47,119 nt of DNA from the NCBI RefSeq assembly GCF_001194135.2, contig NC_068996.1:10268360-10315478 (forward strand), in the 5' to 3' direction. This DNA comes from Octopus bimaculoides (taxonomy: Eukaryota). Within the stretch, counting starts at the first letter, position 1; each line of letters begins with the position of its first letter. Under the pieces are notes generated by a model, which did not search any database, was not told where the DNA came from, and worked only from the letters and a program-made list of their open reading frames with translations. Below, in pieces: positions 1 through 12,510 of this stretch. Made by a program: the position numbers and the translations under genes.

Positions 1-677
1 AACACACATTTCACTCATTTGGAAAAAAGTAACACACGTGTAAGCATCTGCGTAATTTGTAAGTAAATTTAAAAAAAAAAAAAGAAAACGGGAAAATGAC
101 GTTAGTCAAATTAAATATTTTTTTTTTCAGAACACTCCAAAAATATAATAGTGCAAACAGATGTTTTGGATAAAAAATTCAAACTTACCGCCAAGCTGTT
201 CCAAGAATTATGGCTAATTATAGCAGTTTTTGAGAACTGCTCTAGTTCCGGTCAAAAAGTAGAACCAGCTAACAAAGAGATAGAGAGGTGGGGTCATGCT
301 ATTTTCAGAAAGTATTACTTCCTATGATAAATTTGTGGAATCACTGACAGAGAGAGGAAAGGGTACAAAATATATATGCTATCGGTCTTAGCATATCTTT
401 TGACATGTCACTAAGAGAGAGAGAGAGAGAGAGAGGGGAGGGCAAGGAAGGACAAACTAACATAGATAGGGAGTTAGGGAGTGTCTATATGCTGGATTCC
501 AAATGCATGCCTTCTCAAATCTTTTACTAGTCACTGAGAGAGGGGAAGGGGAGACAGAATATTTCGAAAACTGGACGGATTTTTTTTTTGCAAGAAAGTA
601 ACTATTTTATCTAATTTTCCGATAATATAACAGAGCATGCAGCGCATAGCTTGCATGTCTGAGAATGCACGCCACTG
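1..677 (-). mobile_element. Possible terminal part of a hAT-like DNA transposon
   Basis: Read on the minus strand from 677: CAGTGGCGTGCATTCTCAGACATGCAAGCTATGCGCTGCATGC, resembling hAT CAGTGGCG termini. The partner terminus would lie outside the window. A consensus G|GTAAGT donor sits at 183-189 (-). Confidence 0.3.
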
Positions 678-879
678 GTATATACATTTCCTTCATTTCA
701 TATAAACAAAATATAAAGATAATATACATATATACAAATACACACACACACACACACACACACGTGTTATATATAGATTTCATTCTCTAATACATATTTT
801 ATACTGGAAATTAAAATGGCAAGAAAATAATGGGAATTTTGCAGAAATGTTTGATTGAAAGACATGAAGTGGATGTATA

Positions 880-1029
880 GGCGCAGGCATTGCTTCCCAA
901 CCACATGGTTCCAGGTTCAGTCCCACTGCATGATACCTTGGGCAAGTGTCTTCTACTATAGCCTTGGGCTGACCAAATCCTTGTGAGTGGATTTAGTAGA
1001 CAGAAACTGAAAGAAGCCCGTCGTATATA

Positions 1030-1060
<31 letters not shown>

Positions 1061-1275
1061 GCATACATATATATATGTATGTATGTATATACTTATGTGT
1101 GTGTGTGTCTTTGTGTTTGTCTCCCCATCACTGCTTGACAACTAGTGTTGCTGTGTTTATGTCCCTGTAACTTAGCAGTTCAGCAAAAGAGACCGATAGA
1201 ATAAGTACTGGGCTTAAAAAATAAGTCCTGGAGTCGATTTCTTCCACTAAAATCTTTCAAGGGAGCACTCCAGTA
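880..1275 (+). mobile_element. tRNA-derived SINE family 1 (internal TA/TG microsatellite)
   Basis: Head ggcgcagg...ccacatggttccaggttcagtcccactgc, body gggcaagtgtcttctactatagcc, microsatellite, then the gatagaataagtactgggc 3' part. Many paralogues in the window. Confidence 0.85.
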
Positions 1276-1453
1276 TACGTCTACTCAAGAATATATATAG
1301 ATATAAAGGAATATCCATGTCTAAATGTATGAATTCTTTGTGGGTCAATTATGTTTCGGAAATATCCCAGTACTGTCAAGATGAGCAAGGCAGAAAGTGA
1401 AGACATAAAACATTAAAATAATTAAAATGGTTGACATTTTAATTTATGTTTAA

Positions 1454-1743
1454 CCCATTACCTACCAGTGATCTCATATGAGATCACTTAAAAATTACAA
1501 ATTTCTTAATTATCTGTCAATATTTACACATATCTAATCTTTTTGCTATATCTACTAGGTATATTTCTCTGATATGCAAATGAGGTTTGCTAATTTTTCA
1601 CCCAATATCTCGCTTATTTCTATTTAAAATGTTATTTTGAAATGTTATTTCGATCATTCCAGCGTGTTTCTAAGGCTGTTTTATGCTAGAAATCAAAGTT
1701 TCATAAAAAAATTCCAGTTAATACAATTATGGGAGGTAATGGG
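1454..1743. mobile_element. TTAA-flanked MITE (piggyBac-like ends)
   Basis: TTAA (1450-1453) + CCCATTACCTACC ... GGGAGGTAATGGG + TTAA (1744-1747). Confidence 0.8.
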
Positions 1744-1747
1744 TTAA

Positions 1748-1975
1748 GGCAGCAAACTGGCAGAATTGTTTGTACACCAGACAAAATGCTCAGTGACATT
1801 TCATGTCTTTATATCCTGAGTTCAAATTCTACCAGGGTTAACTTTGCCTTTCATTTTTTTTTTTGGGGGGGGGGGGTCAATGAAATAGTCCCAGTTGAGC
1901 ACTAGGGTTGATGTAGTCGATTTACCCTCTCTCCTGAACCTGTTGGCCTTGTGCCAGAACTTGGAACCAATATAA
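1748..1975 (+). mobile_element. tRNA-derived SINE family 2 (decayed)
   Basis: ctggcagaattgtt...ctgagttcaaattctaccagggttaactttgcctttcat...; homologous to 4429-4655 and 23577-23802. Confidence 0.75.
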
Positions 1976-2205
1976 TATTCAGGTTATGATGATGATGTCT
2001 ACATGGACACCCACAGTTCTTGAAATTCTACCTTCTTTTGGATTACACAAGATATTTTTTCTATTTGCATATGCATATCACACACACACACACACACACA
2101 CACACATTAAAAGTAAATGGACATTATATTTTACATATATGTATGTATACACATACACACACACCCATATATATATATATATATATATATATACACGTTA
2201 CTATA

Positions 2206-3005
2206 CAAGGTGGTATGAAAAAGTTCCTGGACTAGTTATGTTTAATAAAAAATAACATATTTCAAAATAGTCACCTTGCACAGCAACACACCAGTCCCAG
2301 CATTCCTGTTACTTTTGGAATCTGGCCTGGAAATAGTTTTCCATAAACAAGTCAAGAATCTTCTGTGAGTCACTCCCGATCTTGACAATGGTGTTAAAAC
2401 AGCGACCTTTGAGCTGCATTTTCATCTTGGGTATGATATGGAAGTCCGCAGGTGCTAAATCTGACGAATAGGGCAGAAGCAACACCATGTTTTTAGCGAG
2501 AAACTCATGCAGGAGTGAGAGGAATCCAGATGTTAGGATTGCCTACACAGCCCATATGACAGACCAACAACATCACCAATGTCATTGATTGTCCCCCAAC
2601 GATCTTCATGCACAAGCTAATGAATTTTCTTCACATTTCTGGGAGTGACACTTGTGGCAGGTCTTCCAGGGACACTCTTCTGCTTTTGAAGAGCGTGTGC
2701 CACTGCATATGACCCATTGCCTTATTGCAATAAGCTTGTAGAAGCATGCTTGATGTCTTTGTAGCAGATTCCTCAAATTCAACACAAAATTTGTCCCAGC
2801 TTCCTGTCCATGACAAAATCACAGACTACAGCTAACACATGATCACAGAAACACAAATAACACAACATGTGAAGTAAACACAGTGACGTCACTTGGCACA
2901 CTGTCTCATGAAGGCCACTAATAGCTCTCACTGCACACACAACTGTGTGCTGCCATCTGTTGATGCACTACAGAACTAGTCCAGGAACTTTTTGATACCA
3001 CCTTG
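2206..3005 (-). mobile_element. Internally deleted mariner-type DNA transposon
   Basis: 32-bp TIRs (caaggtggtatgaaaaagttcctggactagtt / aactagtccaggaactttttgataccaccttg), TA at 2204-2205. Minus-strand remnants KFCVEFEESATKTSSMLLQAY...WHTLFKSRRVSLED resemble a mariner N-terminal HTH; the C-terminal part is decayed. Confidence 0.85.
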
Positions 3006-3040
3006 TGTGTGTGTATGTATATATATATATATATACATAT

Positions 3041-3385
3041 CGTGGCCGTTGCCAGTACCGCCTGACTGGCCTTTCGTAGGATTTTTGAGCGAGATCGTTG
3101 CTAGTGCCCCTGGACTGGCTCTTGTGCGGGTGGCACATAAAATACACCATTTTGAGCTTGGCCGTTGCCAGTACTGCCTGACTGGCCTTCATGCCGGTGG
3201 CACGTAAAAGCACCCACTACACTCTCGGAGTGGTTGGCATTAGGAAGGGCATCCAGCTGTAGAAACTCTGCCAAATCAGATTGGAGCCTGGTGTAGCCAT
3301 CCGGTTTCACCAGTCCTCAGTCAAATCGTCCAACCCATGCTAGCATGGAAAGCGGACGTTAAACGACGATGATGATGATGATGAT
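3041..3385 (+). mobile_element. 5'-truncated RTE LINE 3' UTR copy with (GAT)n tail
   Basis: ...ccaacccatgctagcatggaaagcggacgttaaacga(tga)n. Same sequence family as the segment contiguous with the RT ORF at 6016-8044. Flanked by (TA)n on both sides. Confidence 0.85.
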
Positions 3386-4155
3386 ATATATATATATATA
3401 TATATANNNNNNNNNNNNNNNNNNNNNNNNNNNNNNNNNNNNNNNNNNNNNNNNNNNNNNNNNNNNNNNNNNNNNNNNNNNNNNNNNNNNNNNNNNNNNN
3501 NNNNNNNNNNNNNNNNNNNNNNNNNNNNNNNNNNNNNNNNNNNNNNNNNNNNNNNNNNNNNNNNNNNNNNNNNNNNNNNNNNNNNNNNNNNNNNNNNNNN
3601 NNNNNNNNNNNNNNNNNNNNNNNNNNNNNNNNNNNNNNNNNNNNNNNNNNNNNNNNNNNNNNNNNNNNNNNNNNNNNNNNNNNNNNNNNNNNNNNNNNNN
3701 NNNNNNNNNNNNNNNNNNNNNNNNNNNNNNNNNNNNNNNNNNNNNNNNNNNNNNNNNNNNNNNNNNNNNNNNNNNNNNNNNNNNNNNNNNNNNNNNNNNN
3801 NNNNNNNNNNNNNNNNNNNNNNNNNNNNNNNNNNNNNNNNNNNNNNNNNNNNNNNNNNNNNNNNNNNNNNNNNNNNNNNNNNNNNNNNNNNNNNNNNNNN
3901 NNNNNNNNNNNNNNNNNNNNNNNNNNNNTATATATAAACACATACACACACAGAACTACGCTAATAACTTAGGAGTGAAATTAGTATTTCTCAGTTTTCT
4001 GTGAATTGATTTTGATAAAACCTTTCCCAGCTGATTTGCACACTATGGCAACACCTTTGTTATGCTTTCATTATTCTGTGTAATGTCCTTTTTTATTTCA
4101 GATGCTTCAGTTTTTGGGTGAACCATGCTAATAGTGTCTCTCCTCTCTAAGAACA

Positions 4156-5375
4156 ATGGGACATGGAAAAGGCCTTAACAATGAAGAAAAGTCTGTCACC
4201 ATCAAAGAAATTGCTAAAGGCATCTCTCTTCATGTCAAGGAAGAAATGATCTGATTGTGGGACCTTCACCAAGGAAGAAATAATCTGATTGTGGGAGCTC
4301 GAAGACTGTGACAATAAGGGATTTAAGGAATATTGTCCTCAAGTTATGTGGAAAACCTGGACAAAGAAGCAAAGCCATTTTCACTGCCTCTGAACGTCCT
4401 CATGTACTGAAAACCTCTAGAAATTGCAGTGAACTGGCAGAAACGTTAGCACACAGGGCGAAATGCTTAGCAATATTTCATCTGCCACTACATTCTGAGT
4501 TCAAATTCCACCGAGGTCAACTTTGCTTTTCATCCTTTCGGGGTCAATAAATTAAGTACCAGTTACACACTGGGGTCGATGTAATCGACTTAATCCCTTT
4601 GTCTGTCCTTGTTTGTCCCCTCTATGTTTAGCCTCTTGTGGGCAATAAGGAAAGAAGAAATCGCATCCTCAGGACCATGGCTTCCATGCAAGAGCCCCTG
4701 AAACTGCTTCCTTTAACATCCCATCAGAGAAGTTTGAGGCTTCGATGGACCCAAAAGTACATGAAGTTAAACGGGAGTTGTGTTTTGTTCACTGATGAAA
4801 CCAGGGTGACTCTTGACGGACCTAAAGGTTGGGCAAATGTTTATGTCTATTTTGGAGATGAGCGTTGCCAATGTTTATGATGTCAACAACAGGGTGGAGT
4901 CATGCTGTGGGCTGGTATCATTGGGGACAGACTTGTTGGCCCAGTCAGGGTGCCTGAAGGGGTTAAAGTGACTGCAGCCACCTACTCTAATCTCCTGAAA
5001 GAGGTCTTGGATTCCTGGCTAGATGACATACCACTGTCACTTCTAAGGCATCTTGTATTCATGCATGACAACACTCCCCCCTACTCTGCATTGGACACCC
5101 AAACATTACTAGGGTCTTACAGCATACAACGTGAAAGGTTGATGGTATGGCCACCCGCATCTCTGGATCTCAACCCTATCAAAAATTTTTGGTCTACCAT
5201 TAAACAAGATGTTTGTGCTGATGGACACCAATTTAAGTCAAAAGATGTCTTATGGGCGATCATCAAAGTTACAGCAGAGGCAGTTCAACTTGTTACTATT
5301 AAGAAATTGACAGATTCCATGACTAATAGGGTTTTTGAAGCTATCTGTTGAAATGATGCTCATGTGGCTAAATAA
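4156..5375 (+). pseudogene. Transposase pseudogene (DD37E); third catalytic residue E>K
   Basis: ATG at 4156 (MGHGKGLNNEEK), D at 4794, D at 5067, AAA (K) at 5181 exactly 37 codons after the second D. Contains stops, frameshifts and a SINE insertion. Confidence 0.85.
4429..4655 (+). mobile_element. tRNA-derived SINE family 2 inserted in the transposase
   Basis: Near-full copy bounded by a 10-bp target-site duplication, agaaattgca (4419-4428) / agaaatcgca (4656-4665). Confidence 0.9.
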
Positions 5376-5392
5376 TTCATTATGTCAATAAT

Positions 5393-5706
5393 TGCCAGTA
5401 CCGCCTGACTGGCTCCTGTAGGATTTTCGAGCGAGATCGTTGCCAGTGCCCCTGGACTGGCTTGTGCGGGTGGCACATAAAAGACACCATTTCGAGCATG
5501 GCCGTTTTCGTGCGGGTGACACGTAAAAGCACCCACTACACTCTCTGAGTGGTTGGCGTTAGGAAGGGCATCAAGCTGTAGAAACTCTGCCAAATCAGAC
5601 TGGAGCCTGGTGTTGCCATCCGGTTTCACCAGTCCTCAGTCAAATCGTCCAACCCATGCTAGCATGGAAAGCGGACGTTAAACGATGATGATGATGATGA
5701 TGATGA
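5393..5706 (+). mobile_element. 5'-truncated RTE LINE 3' UTR copy
   Basis: atgctagcatggaaagcggacgttaaac(gat)n end; nearly identical to 36642-36913. Confidence 0.85.
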
Positions 5707-6015
5707 ATACTATGGTTTTCTGTTAAATATATACGTAATGTATGCTTAATATGTATCATTACCCATCATTTTCTGAAAAAAAAAAAAGTCTAGATGGGCT
5801 ATTTTCATTCAAAAGCTATTAAGCATGGGTCACCCAGAAATTGAAGAATCTGAATTAAAAAAAGAAAGGATGTTACACAGGATAATGAAAGCATAACATT
5901 GATGTTGCCATTGTGTGCAAACCAGCTGGGAAAAGTTTTATCAAAATTGATTCACAGTAAACTGAAAAATCTTAAATTTTACTCCTAAGCTATTAGCATG
6001 CTTCTGAATGTGTGT

Positions 6016-8044
6016 CATCATCATCGTTTAACGTCCACTTTCCATGCTAGCATGGATCGGACGATTTGACTGAGGACTGGTGAAACCAGATGGCTACACC
6101 AGGCTCCAATCTGATCTGGCAGAGTTTCTACAGCTGGATGCCCTTCCTAACGCCAACCACTCCGAGAGTGTAGTGGGTGCTTTTACATGCCACCGGCACG
6201 AAGGCCAATCAGGCGGTACTGNNNNNNNNNNACGCCAACCACTCCGAGAGTGTAGTGGGTGCTTTTACATGCCACCGGCACGAAGGCCAATCAGGCGGTA
6301 CTGGCAACGGCAACGCTCAAAATGGTGTATTTTACGTGCCACCGGCACAGGAGCCAGTCCAGTGGCACTGGCTACAATCTCGCTCGAATGTCTTTACACG
6401 TGCCATCTGGTACAAGTGCCAGGAAGGTGATGCTGGGCACAGGTGCCATCACAATTTGGCTTTCGCTTGCCCCAACAGGTCTTCGCAAGCCGAGTTTCGT
6501 GTCCAATGAAGGAGATGACGTTGGCACGGGTGCCAGTCGTTGAATTTAATTTGATTTCGATTTCGATTTCACTTGCCTCAACAGGTCTTCGCAAGTGGAG
6601 TTTAGTGTCCAATGAATGAAGGTATGCATAAGTGGACTGGATGAGGCCTTAGATTTAGGTCTCACTTGGCTTGCCAGGTCTTCTCACGCACAGCATATTT
6701 CCAGAGGTCTCTGTCAGAAGTCATCGCTTAGGTGAGGCCCAATGTTCGAAGGTCGTACCTCACCACCTCATCCCAGGTTTTCCTGGGCCTACCTCTTCCA
6801 CAGGTTCCCTCAACTGCTAGGGTGTGGCACTTTTTCACACAGCTATCCTCATCCATTCTCGCTACATGACCATACCAGCACAATCGTCTCTCTTGCACAC
6901 CACAACTGATGCTTCGTGAGTTCAACTTTTCTCTCAAGGTACTAATACTCTGTCTAGTATGCACACTGACATTACACATCCAACGGAGCATACTGGCTTC
7001 ATTCCTTGCGAGCCTACGCACGTCCTCAGCAGTCACAGCTCATGTTTCACTGCCATGAAGCATGGCTGTTTGTACACATGCGTCATACTCATACAGTCTG
7101 CCTTTTACTCTGAGTGAGAGGCCCCTTGTCACCAGCAGAGGTAAGAGCTCTCTGAACTTTGCCCAGGCTATTTTTATTCTAACAGCTACACTTTCAGTGC
7201 ACCCGCCCCCACTACTAATTTAGTCACCCAGATGGCGGAAGCTATCAACTACGTCTAGTTTTTCTCCCTGGAATGTGGCAGAAGTTGTCTTCTGCACATT
7301 TACAGTGTTTATAGCTCCTGAACATCTGTTACATACAAAAACTAACTTCCTAGTTAACCTTCCTTTGATATTGCTGCACCTCTTATGTGTCCATAGCTTG
7401 CACTGGGTGCATCTTATAGAGTTTCTACCTACGCCTTTTCTACGTATTGAGCAGGGCCATCTACCTGAAGCGGTTTGTGTTTTGTCTGCCTTCCTACTTA
7501 TTAGGACTTTGGTTTTAGCTAGGTTGACTCTAAGGCCCTTCGATTCTAGTCCTTGCTTCCACACCTGAAACTTCTCCTCTAGTTCTGATAGTGACTCAGC
7601 AATTAGTGCAAGGTCATCAGCATAGAGGAGCTCCCAGAGCATCCTGTCTTGAATTCCTCTGTTATCGCCTGGAGGACTATGATAAATAGGAGGGGGCTGA
7701 GGACAGAACCTTGGTGGACCCCTACCTCTACCTGGAATTCTTCACTGTACTTGTTGCCAGCTCACCTTACTGACAGTGTCTCTGTACGTGGCTCGCACAG
7801 CTCTCACTAACCATTCTTCTATCCCTAGTTTCCTTATTGACCACCAGATAAGGGATCGGGGGACCCTGTCAAAGACTTTCTCCATGTCAACGAAAGCCAG
7901 GTACAGCGGTTTATCTTTGGCTAGCTATTTCTCCTGCAGCTGTCTTACCAGAAATATAGCATCAGTGGTGCTTTTCCCTGGCACAAACCCAAACTGCATC
8001 TCATCTAAACTGACTCTCTCCCTAATTAGTTGGGCTATGACTCT
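6016..8044 (-). mobile_element. RTE-clade LINE, 5'-truncated and degenerate (RT + long 3' UTR + (GAT)n tail)
   Basis: Minus-strand remnants QFGFVPGKSTTDAIFLVRQLQEK, WELLYADDLALIA, LRVNLAKTKV, RLCWYGHVARM, GRGRPRKTW. The 3' UTR ends in (cat)n on the plus strand at about 6016-6025. Confidence 0.95.
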
Positions 8045-8541
8045 TGTAGTGAAACCACCTCTCTTACGGTTATTTATTTTACAAATGCGAGCGTAGCAGG
8101 GAACAACTCGTTCCCGCCTTGCTGTGTCATCAACTGACTGACTTTTATTTTTGCGGCATTTGCTTCCAGTCCGTTCGCCCCAGGACGCAAACCGACCAAC
8201 CGTAGCCACTAATAAGGTCACGTGAGAGAGTGTTTTTCTGATGCTCTCTGGAGCCTATTTGTACCTATAAGTAGCCTAAATTATCCGCGCCAGTTGGTTG
8301 CGGCTCAGATCTGGTCATTGACCACACACGTAACACAACCAGCCAGTTTCCAGCGACGACATCAACAGCATCGTTCAACTTCCCCAGCGTCAACACGACT
8401 CTACGTACACAAGCTACCAAACAGCCACCGCAGCTTCTCAACCCTCTTTGTGTGATTTGCTCACCACGAAATTAACAGCCAGAACTCAACATGCGAAGAA
8501 CATCTGTATCAAGAATCCGGCCCGGCATCGAAGCCTCAACT
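8045..8541 (-). mobile_element. LTR-like GC-rich insert abutting the LINE RT
   Basis: Minus strand ends ...AATAAA...AATAAATAACCGTAAGAGAGGTGGTTTCACTACA, directly followed by RT codons RVIAQLIRE. CpG-rich; the other end is lost in gap 8542-8640. Confidence 0.5.
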
Positions 8542-8751
8542 NNNNNNNNNNNNNNNNNNNNNNNNNNNNNNNNNNNNNNNNNNNNNNNNNNNNNNNNNNN
8601 NNNNNNNNNNNNNNNNNNNNNNNNNNNNNNNNNNNNNNNNNATACGTATATATACATACATACATATATATACATACATACATATATATACTTATATATA
8701 TATACACAGAAACACGTATATATACATATATATTATATATACAGAAACGTG

Positions 8752-8803
<52 letters not shown>

Positions 8804-11313
8804 CACAATGTGTATTTTATCTATACATCATTTGATCAGTTTTATATTTGTTTCCCACACTACCATGTGTTAGACAAATACATATCATAAAGGCATTGTT
8901 TTACAGCTGGATACCTTACCTGTCACTAAACCGTACCTGCTTTTCAAGTAAATAAGTTTTCCTTGTTGAAAGTGCAGAGACAATATGTTGTCTGTAAAAA
9001 TGTTAATGGACTGTCTGTATGCAGCCCAGTGCTTTTCCAGAGGAGCACAGAATATAAACCTTCATACACACACACACACATATATATATACACATACATA
9101 AGACATTTGTCCAAGGTGCACACAGTGGGATCAGAACTGGACTAGAACCATGTGGTGGCAAAGAAAACTTAACCATGCAGTTGTGCCAATGCCTTATTTT
9201 ACATACACACAATTTGCACATTGAAAATACAATCTGTAATTAGAAGATTTATGTCCGAGTTTTCTTATCTATGTTCCAATGATAGAGCTTTGTATCTTTC
9301 TTAGAAACCAGCTTCTTCTTCTGAGTGGCTTCAAATGATAAAAAAAAAACAGATGAGAATATACATACACACAGACAGACAGAAAGATGGACATACATTT
9401 GCAAACAAGAAAGTAAGTTCTTGATATATATCATAGTAATTTATTTGTCTCCATTAAGTGAACCATTCCCTTCTCGCTACTCAAGAGTTTAGAGTTTATT
9501 CAAGAATAAAACTGGAAAAGACAGCAATACATGAAACTCTGAGTAGCTAGGAAGTTAAATCTTTGACTTTATACAAATATATACACACGTGTGTATGCGA
9601 TTATGTGCATGTATACATATATATGTATGGGATTACATACATGTGTACATATATACATATGTGATTATGTGAATGTAAATGTATATATGTATGTGAATAT
9701 GTGCATGTATATGATAGTATGCATGCATGTGTATGTGTAAAAGAGAAGAAAGAGAGAGAGAGAAAATATTTATGTATTTAACTGTACAAAGTACCAAAAA
9801 CAGACATATAAACAATACTAATTTTTATTCAAAAGATAAAGAATATTATGATCAAACAGCTAAAAATTAGCCATTTTTTTTTAACGAATTGGTTATTTTA
9901 TTTATTTAGAAATCAATTTTATTCATTAAATTCATTTAACACAATATTCTACATGTTTATTTATATTCTTTCTTCTTCCAGCACTCGACTTCACCTGCTG
10001 CTTCATTTATGAATTTTTTAATTATTTTTTGTAATAATTTTTTTTGTTTTTTACATGTTCATTTATTATTTCTTCAGTTATATGTATATGCATCGAAGCA
10101 GGAACTTCCTGGCAGAGATAAACAGATATACAATATACCTTTGTTATACACACAGTGTACGCTTGATATATACAGTATACCTTTGACATATAGCAGTGAA
10201 CCCTTGACATAACTTTTATAATTAAAAAGGAATTTGGAAAATAATAGGAATGAAAATACTAGTCATCCCAACAACTTCCTTCAATTTATAGTGATGAGGC
10301 TGTTCTCTCCAAATGTTTGTATTCACTCACCAACATGATTAGTCTGTTTGGGTGTTTGTTTATTTTGGGGCAGGGTTCTTTTTTGCATGTTTTTTTTGTT
10401 TTTTTTTTTGCTCTTTTAAGGTTAACATGTCTTTAAGTAGTGATAGGTAAAAAAAAAAAAAAAAATTTAAGAAAATATTTAAAACAAAAAAAGTAACAAA
10501 AAAAAAAAACGTTCGGGGAATGGAAGTAGCAAATAAGATTGTTATTATAAAACAAAATAATAATAAAGAAGTTTGAATCGTGTTAAATGATCAGACGAGA
10601 AATGATTTTTATAATTATTTTTTCTTAATGTCATTATTGCAAAACTTTTGCTTATTTATTATACTGTTTAATTTTATTTTGTTTTATTTATTCAATCTTA
10701 TTTTTTATAAATCTTTTTTTTNNNNNNNNNNNNNNNNNNNNNNNNNNNNNNNNNNNNNNNNNNNNNNNNNNNNNNNNNNNNNNNNNNNNNNNNNNNNNNN
10801 NNNNNNNNNNNNNNNNNNNNNNNNNNNNNNNNNNNNNNNNNNNNNNNNNNNNNNNNNNNNNNNNNNNNNNNNNNNNNNNNNNNNNNNNNNNNNNNNNNNN
10901 NNNNNNNNNNNNNNNNNNNNNNNNNNNNNNNNNNNNNNNNNNNNNNNNNNNNNNNNNNNNNNNNNNNNNNNNNNNNNNNNNNNNNNNNNNNNNNNNNNNN
11001 NNNNNNNNNNNNNNNNNNNNNNNNNNNNNNNNNNNNNNNNNNNNNNNNNNNNNNNNNNNNNNNNNNNNNNNNNNNNNNNNNNNNNNNNNNNNNNNNNNNN
11101 NNNNNNNNNNNNNNNNNNNNNNNNNNNNNNNNNNNNNNNNNNNNNNNNNNNNNNNNNNNNNNNNNNNNNNNNNNNNNNNNNNNNNNNNNNNNNNNNNNNN
11201 NNNNNNNNNNNNNNNNNNNNNNNNNNNNNNNNNNNNNNAAAAAAAAAAAAAACGTTCGGGGAATGGAAGTAGCAAATAAGATTGTTATTATAAAACAAAA
11301 TAATAATAATAAA

Positions 11314-11925
11314 TGCCCGGATGAGGTACCATGCCCGGATGCAGTGGCTCTCATGGCTTCTGATCTTAACTGATTGGAAGTATTATCATGTACATTGTTT
11401 TGTCTTGGTATAAAAGATGGGCTACAGCAAATATTCTGCTTAATACCACAGATTTACTTGTCAGTTGTTTGACCTTAACCAGTTGAGCATGTCCCTTGGT
11501 GGCTGACGATATGTGCATCTCTGATCAGGAGCAGAAGTAGTAGGGAAGCTTCATAGCCATGTGTCAAGAGGAATTCTTTGGGGTTTGAATAATTAACCTT
11601 TGGAAATATATGTGTTTCGCTCATCATCCTTAAACAACCCTTATTCAGGGACCTTTTGAGTGGGATGAGGTACTTGACCTGAAGAAAATTCTAGCTGGGC
11701 CCTACCTGTGAGGTCATGTGCTGTTTATTTTGATATGAGGTCACCATGTTGCGCACATATGGTTGTGATGCATGTGCCTGGTGTACCCTTATCAGACGGG
11801 TAGTCATGATGGGTATAATGGGCTTCGTATATTTTACCCCAGTGTCACTTTGATGGCATGCACTGCTCTCTCACTCAATAATAATAATAATAATAATAAT
11901 GATGATGATGATGATGATGATGATG
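11314..11925 (+). mobile_element. Unclassified retroelement 3' fragment with (AAT)n/(GAT)n tail
   Basis: Second partial copy at about 46470-46630 (gcaaatattctgctcaataccacagatttg...). Ends in simple-repeat tails. Confidence 0.55.
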
Positions 11926-12510
11926 GTTTCAAATTTTGGTACAAGGCCAATTTCAGGGGAGGGGCTGTGTTGATTAAATTGACCTCAATGCTTAACCGAT
12001 ACCTATTTTATTGACTCCAGAAGGATGAGAGGCAAAGTCGACCCTGACAGCATTTGAACCTAGAATGTAAAGATGGACGAAATCCCACTAAGCATTTTGT
12101 CTGGTGTGCTAACAATTCAGCCAGCTCACTGCCTTAATAATCCATTCTATTATAGGGCACGAGGCCTTAAATTTTAAGGGAGGGAGATAGTCAATTACAT
12201 TGATCTCAGTTCTCAACTGGTACTTATTTTATCGACCCCCAAAAAGATGAAAGGCAAAGTTGACCTCAGTGGAATTTGAACTCAAAATGTAAAGCTGAAT
12301 AAAGTACCACTAAGTATTTTGCCTCACATGTTAATGATTCAGCCAGCTCACTGCCATAATAATAATAATAATAATAATCATTTGTACTATAGGCAAAAGG
12401 CCTGAAATTTGGGGGGAGTGGGTTCATCAATTACATCGACTTCAGTGCATAACTGGTACTTATTTCATCAACCAGAACAGATAAAAGGCAAAGTTGATCT
12501 CAGATGAATT
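11926..12510 (-). mobile_element. Three tandem decayed SINE family 2 copies
   Basis: Recurring caactggtacttattttatcgacc...gaaaggcaaagttgacctc...ggaatttgaactc motifs about every 200-230 bp. Confidence 0.7.

Larger units (their letters stand above)
3945..6015 (+). mobile_element. Tc1-like DNA transposon, DD37E (TRT-like), degenerate
   Basis: About 145-bp imperfect TIRs (3951-4095 versus 5860-6006). Transposase remnants VLFTDETRVTLDGP, MLWAGII, FMHDN, WPPASLDLNPIKN. Interrupted by a SINE and by a LINE UTR copy. Confidence 0.9.

Noticed and set aside
3321-4004. ORFs of 200-480 aa spanning N runs (also at 10.6, 25.6, 31.7 and 43.2 kb)
   Set aside because: Artefacts of translating assembly gaps; only the RT portion 42982-43361 is real.
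6068-6090. CTGAGGA-CTGGT-GAAAC in the RTE 3' UTR copies, resembling a hammerhead core
   Set aside because: Only 5 nt between the core halves (no stem II), no stem III/NUH, and antisense to the LINE.
6152-6300. Direct repeat across the 10-N gap at 6222-6231
   Set aside because: Overlapping contig ends; assembly artefact.
8362-8400. Minus-strand mini-ORF SRVDAGEVERCC* after a TAG, as a candidate Rab35 last exon
   Set aside because: Lies in the LTR-like insert, has a weak acceptor, and would omit the essential alpha-5 helix; probably a chance CC-stop.
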